A stretch of DNA of 13,092 nucleotides from Nitrosopumilaceae archaeon. Its GTDB lineage: Archaea; Thermoproteota; Nitrososphaeria; Nitrososphaerales; Nitrosopumilaceae. Positions within the stretch are counted from its first letter, which is position 1. The number at the start of each line of letters is the position of its first letter. The position numbers and the translations under genes were made by a program. Positions 5,524 to 13,092 of the stretch are shown in pieces. The DNA lies in NCBI GenBank assembly GCA_052389415.1, contig JBQTHX010000084.1, forward strand, positions 1 through 13,092, written 5' to 3'. The notes beneath the pieces are model-generated. The model saw only the letters and a program-made list of their open reading frames with translations, was not told the origin of the DNA and did no database searches.

Positions 5524-8500
5524 ATGTCTGAGAATGTGGTGTTGCGTTTAAGTGATATTGCAATGCCCAAATATTATGTAGATTATTATACAAACATCTC
5601 AAATACCGTCTTTTTAATATTTGAAAAGTCGGCAGCAGCAAAATCTACCTTACATGACTCATCAGTAATGGTAGAACCAAAGATTGCATTTGATCTTGCA
5701 GACCGAGTCTCAAAAATGCATGAGATAGACGTGACTGAGCGACTTAGAACACTGATACAAACTACTACAAAAGAGCTAGCAGCTTTAACACTAGCTGAGG
5801 AAATTGCCCGAGGCAAATACATTGGTTCAGATTCATTAGAAGAGAAATTAGACATGGCAGTAAGGGTCGCCCTTGCTATCGTTACTGAAGGTGTTACCAT
5901 AGCTCCGTTGCAAGGAATCCATGAGGTAAAAATCAAGAAGAATAGGGATGGTTCGGAATACCTCTCAATCTCCTTTGCTGGACCAATAAGGTCAGCTGGA
6001 GGAACAGAAGCTGCATCTACAATGCTAATTGCAGATCATGTTAGAAAGATAGCTGGTTTACAAAAATTTCAGGCAAACTCGTTTGATGATGAGACTGGAA
6101 GGTTTGTCGAAGAATTGAGACTTTACGAGAGAGAAGCTGGCAACTTTCAATACCACGTTCCAGATGAGGACATTGTTTCTGTAATATCAAATCTCCCGGT
6201 AGAACTAGATGGCGTTGACACTGATCCTATAGAAATTGTTAGTCATAGGAACATGGCCAGAATTTCTACTGATAGGGTAAGAGGAGGAGCCTTAAGAGTA
6301 CTAAATGATGGTTTGATTGGCAAATCCAGAAAATTGCTAAAACTAATTGATTTGTATAATTTAGAGGGCTGGGGCTGGCTAAAAGACCTCAAAGGAGCAA
6401 TCCAGACTGGTGATGAGGATGCGGCAGCACATAGGATGAGAGAGGTTATAACTGGAAGATCTGTACTTTCGATGCCAAAAAAACTAGGGGGGTTTAGACT
6501 AAGATATGGTCGAGCTTGCAACACTGGTTTTTCATCGGTAGGAGTTCATCCTGTTGTAGCTGAAATTCTAGATCATACTATAGCTGTAGGCACACAAATC
6601 AAACTAGATACTCCTGGCAAGGCTTCAACCATTGCTTTTGTAGATTCGCTTGACACTCCAATTATCAGATTGGTAAATGGAAATGTTGTTAAGCTACAAA
6701 ACACGGCCCATGGAATCAGCCTAAAAGGACAGATTGAAAAAATACTCCACCTTGGTGATATCCTGATCAGCTATGGAGATTTTTTGGAAAATAACGCGGA
6801 ACTAATTCCGACTGGATATGTGGAAGAATATTGGGTAGCGGAATTGGAAGAAAAACTCAGGAGATACGAATCAGAAGATAATCAATTACAGAGTTTTCTT
6901 TCAAAAACTCCTACATTTGATGAGGCAATCAAACTCTCATTAGATTTTGATATTCCACTTCATCCTAACTATCTTTACTTTTGGGAACAGCTATCACACG
7001 ACGAATTTAAGAAAATACTAGACCCCCAAAGTGCAGATCCTGAATCAATAACCTACCAAAAAAGTAGTAAACCCATTCTAGAAAAGCTTGGGGTTCCTCA
7101 TGAAGTTTCTGGGGAATTCGTTTTACTAAAATCTACAGAAGCTAGGATTTTCTTTAATCTGTTATTTAGAAACCCAATCAATTTTGATGATCTCCTTACT
7201 GTGACACAAATGATCACACAAGCAACCAAAATAAGAATTCATGAAAAATTTTCTACAGCAATTGGAGTCAGGGTTGGAAGACCAGAAAAAGCAGCTGAAA
7301 GGAAAATGAAACCACCAGTGCACACATTATTTCCTGTGGGAAATAAGGGAGGAGCATCACGTGACTTGATCAAAGCTTCCAAACAAGCCGACTTTTATTG
7401 TAATATTAGTAATAGGATATGTAAAAACTGTAAAGAACCCTCTATTGGAATAGCTTGCCAGAAATGCGGTTCCAAGACATCCATAATATTCATCTGTCCA
7501 AATTGCAGAGCAGAGCTTGATTCTGATTTTTGTGCTAAATGCAAGAGAAAAGGGAGTTTGCATGGCTACAAAGCATTTCCTCTCAAGGAGCAGCTTCTTC
7601 TATCTCAAGAAACTACTGCAATACGAGTTCAAGAGCCGTTTAAAGGAGTACGTGAACTCATTAACCAAGAAAGAATTGCAGAACCTCTTGAAAAGGGAAT
7701 CATTAGGCAAAGTCTTGGTCTTAGCGTATTCAAGGATGGTACAATTAGATTTGACGCAACAAATGCACCACTAACTCACTTTAAACCAAGATGGATTGGG
7801 ACCTCCCTTGAAAAACTTGCCAAGTTTGGATACACTCATGATATTGATGGTAAGCCACTCATTTCCTTGGATCAGACAATTGAGCTCTTAATGCAAGATG
7901 TAATCATTCCACATGATTGCGGAGAATATCTGGTCAAGACATCACAATATATTGATAAAGAATTGGAAAAGCTCTACGGTCACCCTGCCTTTTACAAAAT
8001 CAAAAACAACGATGATCTAGTTGGACACCTGATAATTGGTTTAGCTCCCCATACATCAGTTGGAATAGTAGGGCGAATAATAGGGTATACCAACACGCAT
8101 GTTTGTTATGGTACTCCGGTTTGGCATTCTGCAAAAAGACGTGATGCTGACGGTGATGCTGACTCTATCATGCTTTTGATGGATAGTCTTCTCAACTTTT
8201 CAAGACAGTTTCTTTCTGACAGAATAGGAGGATTAATGGATGCACCGCTATTGGTACAGCCCATAGTCATTCCACAAGAAGTTCAAAGACAGGCTCATAA
8301 TTTTGAAGTAGTAAAAGAATTACCACTCTCATTTTTTGAAGCCACCCTTGCAAAAGAAAAAGCAAGTGAGGTAAAAGGAGTTGAAACTCTAAAATCAAGA
8401 CTAGAAACCGAAAAACAGTTTTACGGACATTATTTCACACATAACACGTCAACTCTTACTACATCCAAATCGAGAAGCGCATATTCTACATTAGGTTCAC

Positions 8501-8895
8501 TTTTGGAAAAACTCGACATGCAAATTAGGACGGCTAATATCATAGATGCTATCGATCCAAATGAAGTAGTATCTATGGTAATGACAACTCATCTCTTGCC
8601 AGATATCATGGGTAATCTTAGAGCATATTCTGGACAATCATTTAGGTGTACTACATGTGGTGCAAGCTACAGAAGAATTCCATTATCACAAATTTGTAAT
8701 GAGTGTGGCAGCAAACTCATACAAACCATGACAAGACCTTCTGTGAAAAAATATCTAAAACTTGCAAAAAGGCTGCTTGGCAAATATCAAGTCGATCCAT
8801 ATTTGAGAGGACGAGTCCTTGGTTTGTTAGATGAACTTGAACTAGTTTTTGGAAAAGAGGAAAGCGACCAAGCTCTTCTTACTGATTATGCTTAA
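5524..8895 (+). CDS. polC: DNA polymerase D large subunit DP2
   Basis: Motifs TEGVTIAPLQGI, AGPIRSAGGT, GGFRLRYGR, RVGRPEKA, FKDGTIRFD, catalytic KRRDADGDAD and GGLMDAPL, multiple CxxC zinc sites, and a C-terminal PIP-like QALLTDY. No intein evident. Confidence 0.97.
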   Translation: MSENVVLRLSDIAMPKYYVDYYTNISNTVFLIFEKSAAAKSTLHDSSVMVEPKIAFDLADRVSKMHEIDVTERLRTLIQTTTKELAALTLAEEIARGKYIGSDSLEEKLDMAVRVALAIVTEGVTIAPLQGIHEVKIKKNRDGSEYLSISFAGPIRSAGGTEAASTMLIADHVRKIAGLQKFQANSFDDETGRFVEELRLYEREAGNFQYHVPDEDIVSVISNLPVELDGVDTDPIEIVSHRNMARISTDRVRGGALRVLNDGLIGKSRKLLKLIDLYNLEGWGWLKDLKGAIQTGDEDAAAHRMREVITGRSVLSMPKKLGGFRLRYGRACNTGFSSVGVHPVVAEILDHTIAVGTQIKLDTPGKASTIAFVDSLDTPIIRLVNGNVVKLQNTAHGISLKGQIEKILHLGDILISYGDFLENNAELIPTGYVEEYWVAELEEKLRRYESEDNQLQSFLSKTPTFDEAIKLSLDFDIPLHPNYLYFWEQLSHDEFKKILDPQSADPESITYQKSSKPILEKLGVPHEVSGEFVLLKSTEARIFFNLLFRNPINFDDLLTVTQMITQATKIRIHEKFSTAIGVRVGRPEKAAERKMKPPVHTLFPVGNKGGASRDLIKASKQADFYCNISNRICKNCKEPSIGIACQKCGSKTSIIFICPNCRAELDSDFCAKCKRKGSLHGYKAFPLKEQLLLSQETTAIRVQEPFKGVRELINQERIAEPLEKGIIRQSLGLSVFKDGTIRFDATNAPLTHFKPRWIGTSLEKLAKFGYTHDIDGKPLISLDQTIELLMQDVIIPHDCGEYLVKTSQYIDKELEKLYGHPAFYKIKNNDDLVGHLIIGLAPHTSVGIVGRIIGYTNTHVCYGTPVWHSAKRRDADGDADSIMLLMDSLLNFSRQFLSDRIGGLMDAPLLVQPIVIPQEVQRQAHNFEVVKELPLSFFEATLAKEKASEVKGVETLKSRLETEKQFYGHYFTHNTSTLTTSKSRSAYSTLGSLLEKLDMQIRTANIIDAIDPNEVVSMVMTTHLLPDIMGNLRAYSGQSFRCTTCGASYRRIPLSQICNECGSKLIQTMTRPSVKKYLKLAKRLLGKYQVDPYLRGRVLGLLDELELVFGKEESDQALLTDYA

Positions 8896-10214
8896 CGTAG
8901 TTTGATGTATTCGTAAGCTCCAGTCTTATTTTCAAAACAATAATGAACCTTTTGATAGTCTTTTCTAAATAACTTGACTTCGGATACAACCTTCTTTCTA
9001 TCTTTTTTATCTATTACCACCTTTTTGATAAATTCTGCAACCTGTTTCATCTCTGATTCTTTCATGCCAAGTCTAGTAAGCTCTGCAACTCCCAGTCTTA
9101 TGCCTCCTGGATGGAAGTAGTTCCTACCTGCCTTTATGTCTCCGGGAATAAGTTGTCTATTTACAATAATATTAGCCTTCTCAAGATCTGCCTCAATTAC
9201 ACCCCCATCTCCAAATGAAAGTACATTTAGCACAATTTGATGAGATTTGGTAAATCCTCTTTTTTCTCCTAAAACTCCAAAACCAAATGAATTTAGTGCT
9301 TGTGCTAATGCCTTTGCATTCTTTACTACTTGGCTTGCATACTTTTTGCCAAACTCGATCATTTCTGCAAATGCAATTGCCTTTCCTGCGACATGATGAA
9401 GATGATGATTGCTTGTCATACCTGGGAATGTAGCTTTTTTGATCTCATCAGCATACTTTTCAAAAGAGACGACCATTCCTCCCTGTGGGCCAAACAGAGT
9501 CTTATGAGTACTCATCGTCATTGCATCTGCTCCTTCTCTTAATGGATCCTGAAATTGGCCACCCGCAATTAATCCAGCAACATGCGCACCATCATAATTG
9601 ATAAACATCTTGTATCCCTTGAGAAAATCAGCAAGTTCTTTAACTGGATGGGGAAACAAAAACACCGAGCCACCAAACATAGCTAGCTTTGGTAACCTGC
9701 CAGCTTTTTCAAGCTCTACAACTTTTTGTTTTGTCTTATCCACATCAAGTGACATCTCTTCTGCATCAAACGGGTAAAATTCAATATCTAATCCATGCAC
9801 AAGGCCAGCAGTACCAGAGTGTTCCTTCTTGCCATGAGAAATATGGCCTCCAGATGGAATAGATGGAGCAAGCATGACATCTCCAGGATTTGTAAATGCG
9901 GAATAAATTGAAAGATTTGCTACAACTCCAGAAATTGGCCTTACATCTACAAACTGTGCCTTAAACAACTTCTTTGCAAGGTCTATACACTTGAATTCTA
10001 CCTTGTCGATAAACGTACAGCCGGCATAAACACGCTCACCTGGCCACCCTTCTGCATATCTATTTGCAAAATCCGAAATGGTCGCTTCCCTCACTGCCGG
10101 GCTAGGAATATTCTCACTTGCAATGAGAGGAATCGAATTTTCAAACCAATTATTGTGTTCCTTTAACATGGACAGAATCTCCTTGTAGGACTTTTTTGGT
10201 GAAGATCGCGCCAT
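8892..10214 (-). CDS. glyA: Serine hydroxymethyltransferase
   Basis: Motifs LIASEN, RYAEGWPGERVYAG, GGHISHG, YDGAHVAGLIAGG, the PLP-lysine motif STHKTLFGPQGG and GIRLG. Confidence 0.96.
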   Translation of the reverse strand: MARSSPKKSYKEILSMLKEHNNWFENSIPLIASENIPSPAVREATISDFANRYAEGWPGERVYAGCTFIDKVEFKCIDLAKKLFKAQFVDVRPISGVVANLSIYSAFTNPGDVMLAPSIPSGGHISHGKKEHSGTAGLVHGLDIEFYPFDAEEMSLDVDKTKQKVVELEKAGRLPKLAMFGGSVFLFPHPVKELADFLKGYKMFINYDGAHVAGLIAGGQFQDPLREGADAMTMSTHKTLFGPQGGMVVSFEKYADEIKKATFPGMTSNHHLHHVAGKAIAFAEMIEFGKKYASQVVKNAKALAQALNSFGFGVLGEKRGFTKSHQIVLNVLSFGDGGVIEADLEKANIIVNRQLIPGDIKAGRNYFHPGGIRLGVAELTRLGMKESEMKQVAEFIKKVVIDKKDRKKVVSEVKLFRKDYQKVHYCFENKTGAYEYIKLR

Positions 10215-10295
10215 GCCCAGTGGGTTAAATTATCCTAATTTAAAAACATCGAAACGAATTTTAGAAATTACACTAGTCACAAACAGATCTTAAGA

Positions 10296-10302
10296 TATAA
10301 AA
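10296..10302 (+). promoter_or_regulatory. Candidate TATA box for the thermosome gene
   Basis: TATAAAA 26-32 nt upstream of ATG 10328, in the divergent glyA/thermosome intergenic region. Confidence 0.5.
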
Positions 10303-10327
10303 AGGGAAAAAATCGCTCTAGTAAAAC

Positions 10328-12019
10328 ATGTCCATTCAAAGCACACAAGGTGGAATTCCTGTTGTCATCCTAAAAGAAGGAGCTCAACAGACCAAAGGTC
10401 GGGACGCTCAAAAAAACAACATTACAGCGGCAAAACTAATTGCTGAAATCATACACACCAGTCTTGGTCCAAGGGGTATGGACAAGATGCTTGTAGATTC
10501 GATAGGTGATGTTACGATTACTAATGACGGAGCTACCATTCTAAAAGAGATTGATGTTCAACATCCTGCTGCAAAAATGCTCGTGGAAATTTCTAAAACT
10601 ACAGATAATGAAGTAGGAGATGGAACCACATCAGCCGTAGTCCTTGCAGGAGCACTATTAGAAAATGCAGAATCTCTGATAAATCAGGATGTTCATCCCA
10701 CAATAATTGTCGATGGATATAGAAAAGCTGCACAAAAAGCAATTCAATTATTAGAAAAAATGGCAGACAGAGTACAACCCACTGATAAAGAAATTCTAAA
10801 CAAAATTGCCAAAACCTCGATGCAGACAAAGCTTGTAAGAAAAGATTCTAACTACCTGTCTGACATGATAGTTAAAGCTGTACTTGCAGTAGCAGAAAAA
10901 TCGGAAGATGATTACAAAGTTGATATTGACGATATTAAAGTGGAGAAAAAGGCTGGCGGTTCGATAAAAGATACTCTTCTCACAAAAGGGATTATTCTAG
11001 ATAAAGAAGTTGTTCATGCAGGAATGCCAAAAAAGATTTCCAATGCAAAAATTGCTTTAATCAACACTGCCTTAGAGATTGACAAGACGGAATTTGATGC
11101 GAAGATAAACATCTCAAGTCCTGATCAAATGAAATCATTCCTAGACGAAGAGAACAAAATGATCAAGACAATGGTTGACAAAGTTATCGCATCAGGAACA
11201 AATGTGTTGTTCTGTCAAAAAGGAATTGATGACATTGCGCAACACTATCTTGCAAAAGCAGGGGTGTTAACAGTTAGGCGAATAAAAGAAAGTGATCTTA
11301 CAAAGCTTGCAAAAGCGACCGATGCTAGAATTGTAACTAACCTTGATGATCTATCTGAAGATGATTTGGGCTCTGCAGAAAATGTTGAGGAAAGAAAAGT
11401 AGAGACAGACAAATGGGTTTTTGTAGAGGGCTGCAAGCGTCCAAAATCAGTGACTATTCTTGTACGTGGTGGCTCACAGAGAGTGGTTGACGAAGTTGAA
11501 AGATCTATTCACGACGCACTCATGGTTGTTAAAGATGTTATGGAAAAACCATTGATTGTAGCTGGAGGAGGCGCTCCAGAAACCTATGCAGCAACAAAGC
11601 TAAGAGAATGGGCAAAATCACTTGAGGGCAGAGAACAGCTAGCTGTTGAAAAATTTGCTGATTCACTTGAGGTGATTCCAATTACATTAGCAGAAAACGC
11701 TGGAATGGATCCAATTGATACTTTGACATCATTACGATCAAAACAGTTGAAGGGAAACAAGTGGACTGGTATCGATGTGATGAAAGGAGTAGTGGCAAGT
11801 ATGCATTCAACTGATATCTTTGAACCACTTTCTGTAAAGCTTCAGATAATATCTTCTGCTACTGAAGCAACATCCATGATTCTAAGAATTGATGATGTAA
11901 TCGCAGTTGCAAAATCAAGTGGTCCACCACCGGGTGCAGAAGGAATGGGAGGCATGGGCGGTATGGGTGGTATGCCTGGCATGGGTGGTATGGGCGGAAT
12001 GCCACCTATGGATATGTAA
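10328..12019 (+). CDS. ths: Thermosome subunit (group II chaperonin)
   Basis: Motifs [36 protein letters not shown] and ILRIDD, with a GGM-repeat C-terminal tail. Alpha versus beta is not resolved. Confidence 0.97.
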   Translation: MSIQSTQGGIPVVILKEGAQQTKGRDAQKNNITAAKLIAEIIHTSLGPRGMDKMLVDSIGDVTITNDGATILKEIDVQHPAAKMLVEISKTTDNEVGDGTTSAVVLAGALLENAESLINQDVHPTIIVDGYRKAAQKAIQLLEKMADRVQPTDKEILNKIAKTSMQTKLVRKDSNYLSDMIVKAVLAVAEKSEDDYKVDIDDIKVEKKAGGSIKDTLLTKGIILDKEVVHAGMPKKISNAKIALINTALEIDKTEFDAKINISSPDQMKSFLDEENKMIKTMVDKVIASGTNVLFCQKGIDDIAQHYLAKAGVLTVRRIKESDLTKLAKATDARIVTNLDDLSEDDLGSAENVEERKVETDKWVFVEGCKRPKSVTILVRGGSQRVVDEVERSIHDALMVVKDVMEKPLIVAGGGAPETYAATKLREWAKSLEGREQLAVEKFADSLEVIPITLAENAGMDPIDTLTSLRSKQLKGNKWTGIDVMKGVVASMHSTDIFEPLSVKLQIISSATEATSMILRIDDVIAVAKSSGPPPGAEGMGGMGGMGGMPGMGGMGGMPPMDM

Positions 12020-12076
12020 AAAGAAATTTTCAAATTTACCTACAAGATTTATTTGCGAATCATTCATACAAAATTC

Positions 12077-12361
12077 ATGCAAAAAAGCGGTATTATTCTT
12101 ACTGGAATAAAATTTGCATATCTTATAGTCTTCTTTGCACTACTCTCAGGAGTTTTTTATCTTATAATTGAACAACAAGCAGAAGCTTTTTCTGAGGTTG
12201 TGTATGGTGTGCTGATTCTTTTTGTTGGACTGGGGGGAGCCTTGTGTTTGTATAAAGCAAGTACCTCAGAGAAGAGACGAAAAATCTACATGATTGCAGG
12301 ATTTGCAATTCTTACTGTTGCACTCTTTCTAGTTTTCTCTATATCTGGAAGATTGATCTAG
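12077..12361 (+). CDS. Small hypothetical membrane protein (about 3 TM helices, 94 aa)
   Basis: Three hydrophobic stretches: FAYLIVFFALLSGVFYLII, VVYGVLILFVGLGGALCLY and IYMIAGFAILTVALFLVFSI. ATG 12077 is preferred over TTG 12053. Confidence 0.75.
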   Translation: MQKSGIILTGIKFAYLIVFFALLSGVFYLIIEQQAEAFSEVVYGVLILFVGLGGALCLYKASTSEKRRKIYMIAGFAILTVALFLVFSISGRLI

Positions 12362-13092
12362 ATATCAAAATATAGATAGAATTCGTGTGGGTGAGGTCGT
12401 ATTGAAACCTCTCTTTCATCTTTTCTTTCTAATTCAATTATCTTGTCAATTACCTCGTTTGTAAATATTGGATTTAGGAACTTTCGATCATTCTCAAGAG
12501 AATCTAGTGCTTCACCTAAAGTAGCAGGTAACGATTTGATCCCTTTCTTCTCTCTCTCTTCCTTACTCATCTTGTAAATGTCATCAAGCACTGGATCACC
12601 AGGTTCAATCTTTTTCTTTATTCCATCCAACCCTGCAGCAAGTACTGCAGCGAAAACGAGATAAGGATTAGATGAAGGGTCTGGTGCCCTAAACTCCAAT
12701 CGTTTTATCTTTGCATATCTTTCTCCTCTGAAATGAGCTGGAACTCTTACTATTGCTGATCTATTACTTGGACTCCAAGCGATGTAGACAGGAGCTTCAT
12801 AACCTGGAACAAGTCTGTGATATGAATTTGTAGTTGGTGCAACAATAGCAGCTAGTGCTCTTGCATGATTCATTATTCCACCGCAGAAATACCTTGCAGT
12901 TTGGCTTATTTCCTCTTTGTCGTCTTTATCAAAAAAGACATTCTTATCATCTTTCCAAAGGCTAACATTGGTATGCATTCCGGATCCTGAATCCATAGAA
13001 ATTGGTTTTGGCATCATAGTCGCTACCTTGCCAAACTTTTGGGCAACATTTCTTACAACATACTTGTATGTTTGTGCACCATCAGCAGCATT
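12358..13092 (-). CDS. glnA: Glutamine synthetase type I, C-terminal part (5' partial)
   Basis: Motifs ATMMPKP, SGSGMH, RLVPGYEAP, NRSAIVRVP and RLEFRAPDPSSNPYL. The frame stays open to the window edge (NAADGAQTYKYVVRNVAQKFGKVAT...). Confidence 0.96.
   Translation of the reverse strand, partial: NAADGAQTYKYVVRNVAQKFGKVATMMPKPISMDSGSGMHTNVSLWKDDKNVFFDKDDKEEISQTARYFCGGIMNHARALAAIVAPTTNSYHRLVPGYEAPVYIAWSPSNRSAIVRVPAHFRGERYAKIKRLEFRAPDPSSNPYLVFAAVLAAGLDGIKKKIEPGDPVLDDIYKMSKEEREKKGIKSLPATLGEALDSLENDRKFLNPIFTNEVIDKIIELERKDEREVSIRPHPHEFYLYFDI

Noticed and set aside
5524-8895. Intein in DP2 (or in Cdc6)
   Set aside because: Lengths are normal, conserved motifs are contiguous, and no splice-junction or LAGLIDADG motifs were seen.
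11944-12001. GC-rich 9-bp tandem-like repeat (GGNATGGGN)
   Set aside because: It encodes the ordinary GGM tail of chaperonins.
236-12110. Short alternative-frame ORFs in the track (236-463, 1009-1233, 2404-2592, 2910-3134, 5399-5641, 5586-5936, 6243-6524, 7357-7563, 7517-7774, 9330-9542, 10599-10829, 11245-11436, 11842-12033, 11907-12110)
   Set aside because: All overlap well-supported genes and show no recognisable motifs, so they are treated as shadow ORFs.

Overview
Core chromosomal region of an archaeon, most likely an ammonia-oxidising Nitrososphaerota (Thaumarchaeota; inferred from gene content and protein style). It centres on a probable replication origin. Order: PolD small subunit DP1 (5' partial) -> <- orc1/cdc6, then oriC (about 2540-3000; four ORB-like boxes, an extreme AT-rich tract and an iterated GTTAA motif). 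Next comes a cluster of four small predicted DNA-binding proteins: a winged-helix protein, a 53-aa AbrB/SpoVT protein missing from the ORF track, a membrane-anchored coiled-coil/winged-helix protein and an HTH-like protein. These are followed by GGGP synthase and PolD large subunit DP2, glyA, a thermosome subunit, a 3-TM membrane protein and glnA (5' partial). The most interesting signal is that oriC-linked cluster together with two over-represented short motifs: GTTAA, 11-bp phased inside oriC, and ATCAC(A), dense across and within the membrane-wHTH and HTH genes. Together they suggest a possible origin-control or origin-to-membrane tethering system. That functional reading is a hypothesis.
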